A stretch of DNA of 64,000 nucleotides, from NCBI GenBank assembly GCA_963710375.1, contig CAVPZX010000002.1, positions 544,001-608,000 of the forward strand, given 5' to 3'. The DNA comes from Nitrospirota bacterium. Lineage in GTDB: Bacteria > Nitrospirota > Thermodesulfovibrionia > Thermodesulfovibrionales > Dissulfurispiraceae. The position numbers were made by a program, and so were the translations under genes. Within the stretch, counting starts at the first letter, position 1. Every line of letters starts with the position of its first letter. Positions 41,874-51,108 of this stretch are shown here, in pieces. The notes below the pieces were generated by a model that had not been told where the DNA came from, searched no databases, and was given only the letters and a program-made list of their open reading frames with translations.

Positions 41874-42290
41874 ATGAAATACTATCTGGATGTTCTCAAA
41901 CAGAACGGTTTGAAAATCACCCCTAAACGCAGGGCGGTCATCGATTTGTTTTTGAAGAACAACAGGCGTATGGGGCCGCGTGAGGTTTATCAAAAACTTA
42001 GGAAAGATATTGCCCCTTTGGGTTTGCCTACGGTTTACAGAATTCTGGAGCAGTTAAAAAACATAGGAGTCTTAATGCAAATACCTTCCGAGGACAGGCA
42101 ATTGTATTATGTGTTATGCAAGATGCCCGATGGGCACCACCATCATTTTGTCTGCAGAGGATGCAGGCGGGTGGAAGAAGTCGAGTATTGCAATTTCGGT
42201 GCTGTTTCGAAGTTTATCGAGAAGAATTTGAACGGAAAGGTAGAACAACATTTTTTGCAAATAGAGGGTCTGTGTTCTAAATGCAGGTGA
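41874..42290 (+). CDS. zur: Fur-family metalloregulator, probably Zur
   Basis: TVYRIL, HHHHFVCRGC, GLCSKC; heads a Zn/Mn ABC operon. Confidence 0.82.
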   Translation: MKYYLDVLKQNGLKITPKRRAVIDLFLKNNRRMGPREVYQKLRKDIAPLGLPTVYRILEQLKNIGVLMQIPSEDRQLYYVLCKMPDGHHHHFVCRGCRRVEEVEYCNFGAVSKFIEKNLNGKVEQHFLQIEGLCSKCR

Positions 42291-42310
42291 AAAATCTTAT
42301 TATAAGTAAC

Positions 42311-42506
42311 TGTAATTCAGACAGTGAGGATAAGTCTCTTGCGCTCAGACGCTCCGTCTTGACAGTTCTAACGGCTCGTTTCGCTACAGGCGCAAAATTC
42401 ACCCTGCGGGATTCAGTTTCGCGCCTGTTTAACGCTCTCTCGCCGAGAACTGTTACCAAGACTGCGCGATTCGCTTCAGAGACCCATCCTCACTGTCTGA
42501 ATTACA
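42311..42506. mobile_element. MITE-like long palindrome with 21-bp terminal inverted repeats
   Basis: tgtaattcagacagtgaggat / atcctcactgtctgaattaca; inner pairs cagttct/agaactg and acaggcgc/gcgcctgt. Confidence 0.75.
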
Positions 42507-42508
42507 TT

Positions 42509-43408
42509 ATGAATAAAACCAGCCTGCGCCCTTTTGTGATGTTAATAATCATGTTTTTGTTTGCGTCAGTGGCCGGTTGCAAACACGAGACCGCCCAGGA
42601 AACAAAAAAGATCAAGGTGGTCGCTTCTTTTTATCCCATGTATATAATGGCACTCAATGTAATTAAAGACGTTCCTGAAGTGTCCGTAAGCAACCTCACT
42701 CCGCCAATGACCGGTTGTTTACATAACTATACATTGACGACCGATGATGTGAAAAAGCTGGCAGATGCCCAGGTCTTTGTTGCCAATGGGGCAGGCATGG
42801 AGTCTTTTCTTGACCGCGTTGTAGCCCAATACCCGCAAATTAAAATTATAAAATTAGCAGATGGAATCCCGCTTATCAAGGGTGAGGGTGAAGAGACGGA
42901 CAATCCGCATGTATGGGTGAGCATATCCCTCGCTATTGCCGAAGTTAAAAATTTCGGTAAAGACATGGAGAAGTTCGACCCTGCTCACGCGGACTTGTAT
43001 CGCAAGAATACCGGGGCTTATGTTGAAAAGCTGGAGACATTACGCCAAAAAATGAGAAAGGAAATGGCCCCCTATAAAGGACGAAAGATCATTACATTTC
43101 ATGAAGCGTTCCCTTATTTTGCACAAGAGTTCGGGCTCGAAATTTCGGCTGCGGTAGAGAGAGAACCTGGAAGCGAGCCGAGCGCCAGGGAACTCTCAAG
43201 GACTGTGGATTTGATCAGAAAGGCAGGTATCAAAACCTTGTTCAGCGAGCCCCAATACCCTGCTACAGCCGCCGATACTATCGCCAGGGAAACCGGGGCT
43301 AAAGTTTATATGCTCGACCCAGCAGTTACTGGCCCGAATGATCCTGACGCCTATATCAATATCATGGAAAACAACCTTGAGGTATTAAAAAGTGCTTTCT
43401 CCAGATAA
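42509..43408 (+). CDS. znuA: Zn/Mn ABC transporter substrate-binding lipoprotein
   Basis: Lipobox VAGC, GCLHNY, NPHVW, FHEAFPYF; the track's 76-aa N-extension is mostly MITE sequence. Confidence 0.85.
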   Translation: MNKTSLRPFVMLIIMFLFASVAGCKHETAQETKKIKVVASFYPMYIMALNVIKDVPEVSVSNLTPPMTGCLHNYTLTTDDVKKLADAQVFVANGAGMESFLDRVVAQYPQIKIIKLADGIPLIKGEGEETDNPHVWVSISLAIAEVKNFGKDMEKFDPAHADLYRKNTGAYVEKLETLRQKMRKEMAPYKGRKIITFHEAFPYFAQEFGLEISAAVEREPGSEPSARELSRTVDLIRKAGIKTLFSEPQYPATAADTIARETGAKVYMLDPAVTGPNDPDAYINIMENNLEVLKSAFSR

Positions 43409-44204
43409 CGAAGAGATCGAAAGTCCTGCGGGCGATAAGCTCTGCCGGCACTGTTGTATCAAGGTCAGTGATCTGACGGTCCGTTTAGGCAACAAGCCTG
43501 TTCTTGATAATGTCAACCTGCATATTCATTGCGGTGAGGTTGTTGCTATTGTAGGTCCCAACGGCGCAGGAAAAACCACTCTGTTACGGACGATATTAGG
43601 GGAATTACCTTATCGCGGCGCCATGGAATCGCGTATTGGCGGTATTGAAGGCAGGATCCCACGAATTGGATATGTTCCCCAAAACCTACATCTCGATCTG
43701 GATTCTCCCATTAATGTCACTGATCTGGTTGTCCTGGCAATCAGCAAGCATCCTGTTTGGCTCGGGGTGACCAGGAGGTTGTCGGAGGAAGCCCGGCACG
43801 TGCTGTCTGTCTTTTCTGCCGGGCATTTGGCAAAAAAAAAGATCGGCGAACTGTCAGGAGGAGAATTGCAACGTGTGTTGCTCGCCATTGCGATGACAGC
43901 GGAGCCGGAATTACTGCTCCTGGACGAACCCGGCAGCGGAGTGGATATTCAGGGGTTGTCTCTGTTTTATCAGCTTGTCAGAAGTTTAAGGGAACAACAT
44001 GACATCGCAGTTATCATTGTGACCCATGACCTGGCCGGCATCTCAACCTATGTTGACCGCATTATTCTCCTGAATCATTCGGTTGTTGCTGAAGGCGAAC
44101 CGGCCAAAGTGCTTTCCAACGAGAAAATACTTAAGACCTTTGGCCCCAGTCTTTGGAACATTTCCGCGATGCCTACCTTGCCGTACCTGAAAGAACAGCT
44201 ATGA
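43392..44204 (+). CDS. znuC: Zn/Mn ABC transporter ATPase
   Basis: GPNGAGKT, IGYVPQ, LSGGELQR, LLLDEP. Confidence 0.88.
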   Translation: MLSPDNEEIESPAGDKLCRHCCIKVSDLTVRLGNKPVLDNVNLHIHCGEVVAIVGPNGAGKTTLLRTILGELPYRGAMESRIGGIEGRIPRIGYVPQNLHLDLDSPINVTDLVVLAISKHPVWLGVTRRLSEEARHVLSVFSAGHLAKKKIGELSGGELQRVLLAIAMTAEPELLLLDEPGSGVDIQGLSLFYQLVRSLREQHDIAVIIVTHDLAGISTYVDRIILLNHSVVAEGEPAKVLSNEKILKTFGPSLWNISAMPTLPYLKEQL

Positions 44205-45055
44205 TTGATCTATGGTACAAATTGGCTGATTATGTGCTGCCCTTTGATTTAGCGCGGTATATTTTCATAAAAAATGCCCTACTGGCAGTCCTTCTTGTTA
44301 CGCCGGTATTCGGAGTCTTGGGTACCATGGTGGTAAGCAACCGGATGGTTTTTTTTACCGAGGTTTTGGGACATTCGGCCCTTACCGGGATCGCCATAGG
44401 TGTTCTTTGCGGAATTCATGACCCGACGTTCCCGATGATTACTATTGCTGTGGTCCTGGCTGTCCTCGTAAACATTCTGAAAGATATGACGCGTGCATCC
44501 ATGGATAATGTTCTCGGGGTGGTTCTTGCGTTTATGATAGCGCTGGGAATCACTATCTTAAGCAGGCAGGGAGGATTTGTTAAATTCACTACCTATCTTA
44601 TTGGAGATATTCTTGCAGTTACCCCCCAACAAATCGCCTGGATAGCAGCCTTATTCGTTGTTGTGTTTCTTTATTGGTACTTTGCAGGCAATGCTTTGAT
44701 TTTGACGAGCGTCAGCGGATCGTTGGCTCGAAGCCGCAGGATAAGGACATTTCTGGTTGAGACAAGTTTTACCATACTGCTTGCCGTGGTGGTGATGGTG
44801 TCTATCCGTCTGGTGGGGATTTTGATTATAAATTCACTCCTGGTTTTACCTGCGGCAGCCAGCCGCAACCTTGCTCGAAGTGTGGGCTCGTATACGGCAT
44901 TTTCAATAGCAATAAGTATGCTGTCAGGGACAACTGGGTTATTCGCGTCTTACTATTGGGGCACTGCATCCGGAGCCACCATAGTTCTTTTCGCTGTAGG
45001 ATGTTACACAATATCGGCCCTGACAGGTCGCTTCCGGCATAAATTATTTATCTAA
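44201..45055 (+). CDS. znuB: Zn/Mn ABC transporter permease
   Basis: LGHSALTG, YLIGDIL, LVLPAAAS; ATGA overlap with the znuC stop. Confidence 0.88.
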   Translation: MIDLWYKLADYVLPFDLARYIFIKNALLAVLLVTPVFGVLGTMVVSNRMVFFTEVLGHSALTGIAIGVLCGIHDPTFPMITIAVVLAVLVNILKDMTRASMDNVLGVVLAFMIALGITILSRQGGFVKFTTYLIGDILAVTPQQIAWIAALFVVVFLYWYFAGNALILTSVSGSLARSRRIRTFLVETSFTILLAVVVMVSIRLVGILIINSLLVLPAAASRNLARSVGSYTAFSIAISMLSGTTGLFASYYWGTASGATIVLFAVGCYTISALTGRFRHKLFI

Positions 45056-46591
45056 CTGGGCACTGTTTATAAACTTCGCCACGTCACGCCGTAGTTGGGA
45101 AATGGCGTCGCTGTCCAGATACATCATATGACCTGTCCGGTATCGTTGCGTAGTGACATTCTTTCCGAATACCGGCGTTATTCCCAGATGTGCCAGGGTA
45201 TATTCCGTGGCAAAATAAGGAGTTGCCAGGTCAAAATAGCCGCAGGCGAAAAACAGCTTCATATAGGGGTTCTTGTCAAGTGCGTTTCGCAGGTCCTCAC
45301 CGGTTTCGGCATAGCTGTTTTTGGCCTCCCAGTCCCATTTCCCGGTGCCCCCTCCCAAAGTAAAATATTCCAGGTCAGACTGGAAGCCTAGCTCGCCACG
45401 AACATAATCGTTGAACATTGCAGTAAAGGGAGGGCGGATTGCCGCAACAGTCGGATCAAAACCGACTGGCGCCGCTGGATCAAGGTCCGCCGCGGTAAAA
45501 CGGGTGTCCATGAAACCTACAAACCTCCTCTCTTTTCGAAGAAGCTCTTTAACAAAGCTGCCGGGATCAATGCGCAGATTGTGTTTGTCGATAAAGGTCT
45601 TGTCGAGTCCGGTAAATCCGGCCAGCTTATCAACTACTGCCTGTCGCTCTTCAGGTGACAGATGGTCCCCTTTGGCAAGGGCTGTTAAATAATCGGTGGC
45701 AGCCCAGGCCTCAACCGATTCCAGGGTCTTGTCCAGGTCAGCATGTGGCACAAGCTTTTTATGATACCAGGCCGTCGCAGCGTAACTGGGGAGTGACAAA
45801 ACGTATGCGAGATCATTACCGTTATTATAAGAGGTGGTCTGCGCATTCAGGATGGTAGAGACCATGATAATGCCGTTTAAGGCGATTCCATGATCAACCA
45901 GATACTCCGACAGGCCTGCAGCCCGAAAAGTGCCGTAGCTCTCCCCAACAAGAAAGAGCGGTGATCTCCATCGCTCATACCGGGTCAGATAAAGCCTGAT
46001 GAACCTTCCAATAGATTCAATATCACCCTGCACCGAGGCAAATTTTTTGGTAAGCTCAGGCTTGATGGCCCGACTATAGCCGGTACCAACCGGATCGATA
46101 AAGACAAGGTCGGCCTGATCCAGCCAAGTGAACTCGTTGTCCACCAGCTGGTATGGCGGCGGTGGCATGCTGCCATCAGCAAGCATTTGGACACGCCGGG
46201 GGCCGGCAGCTCCAAGGTGCAGCCAAACTGAAGAAGCGCCGGGACCGCCGTTAAATATGAACAAGAGGGGCCGTAGGCTGGCAGGAGTTGAGTTATGGAC
46301 CGTGTAGGCGATAAAAAAAATATGTGCTTCCTTTTCGCCGGCATCGTTCATTATCGGCAGTTGGCCTGCCGTTGCAGTATAGCTTATTTCCTTTCCCCCG
46401 ACAACAATTTTATGACTGGTAACAACAGGTTTTGTCTCGGGCATCTCATTCTTAACCTTTTCCGGCTGCTTTTCGCCAACCTTGTCCTGATCAGCAACAA
46501 TAGCTGTCTCTGACACCTGCGGTGACGAAGGGGTGGGAGCGCCGGCCATCAGCACCGTTGCGAGCAGTATCGATAAGAACAAATTGGTCAC
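45044..46591 (-). CDS. Secreted peptidase S10 (serine carboxypeptidase)
   Basis: Signal peptide, FNGGPG, DPVGTGYS, GESYG nucleophile, GHMMY. Confidence 0.92.
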   Translation of the reverse strand: MTNLFLSILLATVLMAGAPTPSSPQVSETAIVADQDKVGEKQPEKVKNEMPETKPVVTSHKIVVGGKEISYTATAGQLPIMNDAGEKEAHIFFIAYTVHNSTPASLRPLLFIFNGGPGASSVWLHLGAAGPRRVQMLADGSMPPPPYQLVDNEFTWLDQADLVFIDPVGTGYSRAIKPELTKKFASVQGDIESIGRFIRLYLTRYERWRSPLFLVGESYGTFRAAGLSEYLVDHGIALNGIIMVSTILNAQTTSYNNGNDLAYVLSLPSYAATAWYHKKLVPHADLDKTLESVEAWAATDYLTALAKGDHLSPEERQAVVDKLAGFTGLDKTFIDKHNLRIDPGSFVKELLRKERRFVGFMDTRFTAADLDPAAPVGFDPTVAAIRPPFTAMFNDYVRGELGFQSDLEYFTLGGGTGKWDWEAKNSYAETGEDLRNALDKNPYMKLFFACGYFDLATPYFATEYTLAHLGITPVFGKNVTTQRYRTGHMMYLDSDAISQLRRDVAKFINSAQLDK

Positions 46592-46645
46592 CTCCTGCCA
46601 TTGAATTAATTATTATCCTAACACGGTTCTGCCATTTTGTGTCAT

Positions 46646-46738
46646 AAGGCCGTGAATTGTGAATGGTGAAGCGTGAATGGTAAAAGGCTTTTTTTCTGTT
46701 TCTCATTCACTATTCACCCATTCACCATTCACGGCCTT
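46646..46738. repeat. Inverted 7-mer tandem repeat hairpin
   Basis: aaggccgtgaattgtgaatggtgaagcgtgaatgg ... cattcactattcacccattcaccattcacggcctt. Confidence 0.88.
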
Positions 46739-46828
46739 TTCTTTTAGAGGCCAACTTTAGTCTTGCCTTTTGTCCTTTTAGCCTCCATTATATTATTATG
46801 GTTAGCGAAGTTTAAAACGAGAGATTAT

Positions 46829-47857
46829 ATGAAAAAGAATAATATTGCATACAAGGGACTTGAGCGTAAACTGGAAAGGCTCAATGCAGAGGCTGAGACT
46901 TCTCTGGAATGGATGTTAGGCAAGAGCGACAAAATGAAAGAGGTAATCGAACAGATACGCCGAATCTCGAAGACGGATTTTACAGTCCTGATCCAGGGAG
47001 AAACCGGTGTTGGGAAGTCATTTATTGCCAACATTATTCATAACTTAAGCCGACGTGCTCACCATCCGTTTATAAGAATTGATATGGGAACTATACCCGA
47101 GACCCTTTTTGAAAGTGAACTTTTCGGGTATGAGAAGGGAGCGTTCACAGGCGCTGACAAAAACAGAAAAGGCTATTTTGAGCTTGCAGCCGACGGTGGG
47201 ACCATATTTGTTGATGAACTAGAAAATATGACCCCATATGCACAGAGCAAGTTTCTCACAGTTATCGAGGAAAGGAAAATACATCCCCTGGGAAGCGCCG
47301 AATCAAAGGACATAAATGTCCGCTTTATTTCCGCAACAAACAGGGACATAAAGCAGGCATTGGCGGAAAAACATATCAGGAATGACCTGTTTTACCGTCT
47401 CAGTGAATTTATCATAACTATTCCGCCATTGAGAGAGAGAGTTGATGACATACCTTTTCTCGCTCAGAAATTTCTTATGGAAGCAGAAGAAAAATTGAAT
47501 GCCCCACTGAAGAATTTCAGTGAAGAAATATTTGAAGCTCTCAAGCGCTATCCCTGGCCGGGTAATGTCAGGGAATTAAGAAACATTATTATAAGAAGAT
47601 CTGTGCTCATGTCCCAAAATCAGTCAGTAAAGCTCAGGGACATAGAACTTTTACTCGAGGACAACACGGGAAAGACAGAGTCTATCGATCTGTTGCCGCT
47701 TAAGGAACTTACCAAAATAGCTGTCAGGGATGTTGAAAGAAAGGCAATTAAAAAGGCTTTGGACTTGACAAGGGGCAATAAGTCAAAAGCTGCCTTGATC
47801 CTGCAGGTGGATTACAAGACACTTCTCACAAAGATTAAAGAATACAACCTTTCCTAA
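46829..47857 (+). CDS. Sigma-54 enhancer-binding protein lacking an N-terminal sensory domain
   Basis: GETGVGKS, GAFTGA, IFVDE, DLFYRL, WPGNVREL, Fis-type HTH; only about 28 aa precede the AAA+ domain. Confidence 0.88.
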   Translation: MKKNNIAYKGLERKLERLNAEAETSLEWMLGKSDKMKEVIEQIRRISKTDFTVLIQGETGVGKSFIANIIHNLSRRAHHPFIRIDMGTIPETLFESELFGYEKGAFTGADKNRKGYFELAADGGTIFVDELENMTPYAQSKFLTVIEERKIHPLGSAESKDINVRFISATNRDIKQALAEKHIRNDLFYRLSEFIITIPPLRERVDDIPFLAQKFLMEAEEKLNAPLKNFSEEIFEALKRYPWPGNVRELRNIIIRRSVLMSQNQSVKLRDIELLLEDNTGKTESIDLLPLKELTKIAVRDVERKAIKKALDLTRGNKSKAALILQVDYKTLLTKIKEYNLS

Positions 47858-47859
47858 AG

Positions 47860-47949
47860 GCAGGTTAAGGTTATGGTAGAGGTTAAGAAAATACAAAAAA
47901 AATTTCGGGTTATATCTTTGCCTCTACCTTAACCTTAACCTATACCTGC
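47860..47949. repeat. Inverted 6-mer tandem repeat hairpin (AGGTTA / TAACCT)
   Basis: gcaggttaaggttatggtagaggttaag ... cctctaccttaaccttaacctatacctgc. Confidence 0.85.
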
Positions 47950-47960
47950 TTTTAGTGTTT

Positions 47961-48069
47961 TATGGATTCAATTCCATTAATTATGGGGTAAATTCCATAG
48001 TATACCAAAAGTTTAATTCAAGAAATATCCATTAAATTCAAGAGTAAGTCAATTGGCATTCTTCTTGAT
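47961..48069 (+). promoter_or_regulatory. Two ATGG-N8-CCAT sites plus a near-consensus sigma-54 promoter
   Basis: tatggattcaattccat (47961) and tatggggtaaattccat (47982), 21 bp apart; TGGCATTCTTCTTGAT at 48054-69. Confidence 0.6.
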
Positions 48070-48157
48070 GTATGTAACTTCAAAGTCAAACAATCAATGG
48101 CAACCTTTCGAGGCTGTTGTTCCTGAATATGACACTGTCCAACAAGGAGGAAGTTTA

Positions 48158-48409
48158 ATGAGCGCAGGAATTGGCGGTATAGGCAATTTAGGCGGTAACA
48201 TAGGCGGTAATCCAGGCGTGACCCAGGCAACGGCAATACCGAAAGACCCTCTGAACGCTGAGGCACTGAATGGTATTCACCACAAAAAACATAAGGAAGG
48301 AGATATATCGTTTGAGGCCCAGATCAATAACCTTAACAAGGAAAAGGTAGCCGGCATCCAGTCCGGGACGAGTGGAGAGACAGGAACACGTATAAATAAA
48401 TACGTTTAG
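48158..48409 (+). CDS. Small Gly-rich hypothetical protein (83 aa)
   Basis: AAGGAGG RBS before ATG 48158; MSAGIGGIGNLGG...GETGTRINKYV*. Confidence 0.75.
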   Translation: MSAGIGGIGNLGGNIGGNPGVTQATAIPKDPLNAEALNGIHHKKHKEGDISFEAQINNLNKEKVAGIQSGTSGETGTRINKYV

Positions 48410-48427
48410 GGCTCGCAGTGAGGGTTT

Positions 48428-48757
48428 CTAACTGCCAGGCGCCTCAAGAGGATATCCCGCATTTTTCCATCCCTCTACGCCACCGCCGAGAACCTTTACG
48501 TTTTTAAACCCTATCTCCATATATTCGACTGCCCGACCGGCAGCACTTGCCTCCTTGGGTCAAGCACAATAGAAAACAATCTCCTGTTCTCTTGGCATAG
48601 AAGCGACATTACTTTTAAAAGCATTAAAGGAGATGGCACCTTCAAGATGCATATTTCTGAATTTTTCCTCGTCATCATAGGCACATACAAAAATAGCTGT
48701 GCCGGCCAGAACTTTCTTTCTTGTCTCTTCCGGAAGGATTCTTATAGGCTCAATCAT
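48428..48757 (-). CDS. Selenocysteine-containing rhodanese-like protein (CxU), 109 aa
   Basis: IVFYCA-TGA-PKEASAAGRAVEYMEIGFKNVKVLGGGVEGWKNAGYP; the rhodanese C-half continues in frame after the UGA at 48560-62. Confidence 0.85.
48529..48543 (-). promoter_or_regulatory. Candidate bacterial SECIS hairpin
   Basis: CUGCC-GGUCG-GGCAG stem-loop starting 17 nt after the UGA, loop opens with G. Confidence 0.6.
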
Positions 48758-48893
48758 TTTTCTGCCTCCAAAATTACTGTATTTAATCCTCAATTATTAC
48801 AATTATATCACCTATAAAGAACTTAGAACTGCGGAGAGTATTTTGGAATATATAAAAATGATTTATAATCTTCATAGAGAGGATTAATTTATA

Positions 48894-50657
48894 ATGGCAA
48901 CTAAACCCAGCCGGCTTGATTTACCACGCGGAGTTTTTCTTGTCTTTACCTTTCTAATGATAGGGATTATTGCAGCCGGTTATCTATATTACAAAAACCA
49001 GAAGGCCCACTTTGTAGAAAATATTAAGAATGATCTTGTTGCCATAACTGTCCTGAAAGTCGGGCAGATCGTAAATTGGAGAAAAGACCGGCTTGCAGAG
49101 GCTCGGGTCATTCAGGGCAGCCGGAGCATGCCGAGGCAAATGGAAGAATTTCTTGATAATCCCCGTAAAACAGGATTCAGGAAAGACCTTATGGACAGGA
49201 TGTTGTTGCTTAAAAAGAACTATGATTACAGTGATATTTTTCTGGTCGACGCAAATGGAAAGGCGGTTTTGTCCGTTGATTCATCTGCGACTGATATCGA
49301 ACAGCACGCAAAACACATGGCGTTGGAGGCAATTCATTCTGGTAAGGTGGTGTTAACTGATATCCAGATAACCGACTTATCCAAAACCATATATTTCAGC
49401 CTGATTGTCCCTATTCTCCTATCTAATAGCCGTCCGGCAGGCGCACTCTTGCTGATCATTGATCCCAACAGATTTTTATATCCGCTCATCCAGACGTGGC
49501 CTGTACCATCCAGAACAGCCGAGACCCTGCTGATCAGGCGCGAAGGAAATGATGTTGTATTCATTAATGAACTCAGGCATCGGAAAGGCACGACCCTTTC
49601 CCTTCGCTTCCCTCTCAGCCAAACTGACCTGCCGGCTGCCATGGCTGTGCTCGGCAAGAGGGGAATCACCGGGGGAATTGACTACCGGGGCAAGCCGGTG
49701 ATTGCGTGCACTGACCATATTCCCAATTCTCCGTGGTTTATCGTCACAAAAGTGGATGAAGATGAGGTGTATGCGCCCCTTCGGAAAAGTGCTTTTGTTG
49801 TCTCGGTCATTATAATAATACTTGTCACATCATCGGGCCTGGGCATCGCCTTGTGGTGGAGGCAGCAAAAGGTGCTTTTTTACCGTGAACAATACGAAAA
49901 AGAAATTGAATACAGCGTCGAACTCGAAAAAGCAAACAAAGAAACAGCAAAGACACTCGAAGAACTGCGCCGGTCCAATGATGAACTTAAACAGTTTGCC
50001 TATATCGCCTCGCACGACCTTCAGGAGCCTTTGAGAATGATAGCAAGTTACCTGCAGTTGATCGAGCGGCGCTACAAGGGCAGGCTCGACAAGGACGCTG
50101 ATGAGTTTATCGCTTTTGCTGTGGAAGGAGCAGGCAGGCTTCAGAATATGATCATCGGCCTTCTGGCTTATTCGCGCATAGAAACAAAGGGCAAGCCGCT
50201 TGAAGAGGTGAACTCGGCTGAGGTCTTCGCGAATGCCGTCTCGAACCTGAAACTCGTCATTGAGGAAAGCGGAGCCATGATAACCGCTGACCGTCTTCCG
50301 GTTGTCAAAGCTGACGCTGTCCAGCTTGTCCAGGTATTCCAGAACCTTATTTCAAATGCCATAAAATTCAGGCGGGAATCTCCACCCCGTATCCATGTTT
50401 CAGCGGTCCAGGAAGGGACAGAATGGGTCTTTTCAGTGAGTGACAATGGGATAGGCATCGCCGAGGAATATAAAGACAGGATATTTAATATTTTCCAGAG
50501 GTTGCATGGTAGGGAGTACCCCGGTGTCGGCATAGGGCTTTCGCTTTGCAGACGAATTGTCGAACGGCATGGCGGACGCATATGGTTTGAGTCAGAAGCA
50601 GGGAAGGGAACAACGTTTTATTTTACCATTCCAATAAAGGAGGGCAAGACATCATGA
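48894..50657 (+). CDS. Membrane sensor histidine kinase (periplasmic Cache-like domain)
   Basis: TM-periplasmic-[13 protein letters not shown]-box, [15 protein letters not shown]. Confidence 0.92.
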   Translation: MATKPSRLDLPRGVFLVFTFLMIGIIAAGYLYYKNQKAHFVENIKNDLVAITVLKVGQIVNWRKDRLAEARVIQGSRSMPRQMEEFLDNPRKTGFRKDLMDRMLLLKKNYDYSDIFLVDANGKAVLSVDSSATDIEQHAKHMALEAIHSGKVVLTDIQITDLSKTIYFSLIVPILLSNSRPAGALLLIIDPNRFLYPLIQTWPVPSRTAETLLIRREGNDVVFINELRHRKGTTLSLRFPLSQTDLPAAMAVLGKRGITGGIDYRGKPVIACTDHIPNSPWFIVTKVDEDEVYAPLRKSAFVVSVIIIILVTSSGLGIALWWRQQKVLFYREQYEKEIEYSVELEKANKETAKTLEELRRSNDELKQFAYIASHDLQEPLRMIASYLQLIERRYKGRLDKDADEFIAFAVEGAGRLQNMIIGLLAYSRIETKGKPLEEVNSAEVFANAVSNLKLVIEESGAMITADRLPVVKADAVQLVQVFQNLISNAIKFRRESPPRIHVSAVQEGTEWVFSVSDNGIGIAEEYKDRIFNIFQRLHGREYPGVGIGLSLCRRIVERHGGRIWFESEAGKGTTFYFTIPIKEGKTS

Positions 50658-51106
50658 ATAATCAGAATATGGCAAAGCCGATTGATATACTGCTAGTTGA
50701 GGACAACCCCGGAGATGTGCGTTTGACACAAGAGGCCTTGAAAGAGGCAAAGGTCAGAAATGACCTTTATGTCGTTAACGACGGAGTTGAGGCCATGGCC
50801 TTTCTTCGGAAGCAAGGTGTTTATAAGGGGGTTCCGCGTCCTGATATGATACTTCTGGATCTGAACCTGCCCAAAAAAAACGGGCATGAGGTTCTCACCG
50901 AGATCAAGTCGGACGATGATTTGAAGCGCATACCGGTTGTAATGCTTACTATCTCTAAGGCTGAGGAGGACATTATAAAGAGCTACAATCTCTATGCGAA
51001 CTGTTTCATAACCAAGCCAGTTGACCTGGACCAGTTCCTGACTGTTGTGAAGTCGATAGAGGACTTCTGGCTCACGGTTGTAAAACTGCCAAACGGCAGT
51101 CATTGA
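50654..51106 (+). CDS. Single-domain response regulator (Rcp1-like)
   Basis: [24 protein letters not shown]. Confidence 0.93.
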   Translation: MNNQNMAKPIDILLVEDNPGDVRLTQEALKEAKVRNDLYVVNDGVEAMAFLRKQGVYKGVPRPDMILLDLNLPKKNGHEVLTEIKSDDDLKRIPVVMLTISKAEEDIIKSYNLYANCFITKPVDLDQFLTVVKSIEDFWLTVVKLPNGSH

Positions 51107-51108
51107 AA

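Noticed and set aside
42281..42508. Long N-terminal extension of ZnuA in the ORF track
   Set aside because: It is mostly translated MITE sequence; the lipoprotein signal starts at 42509.
48053..48157. 118-aa version of the small ORF starting at TTG 48053
   Set aside because: That TTG lies inside the sigma-54-like promoter; the RBS supports ATG 48158.
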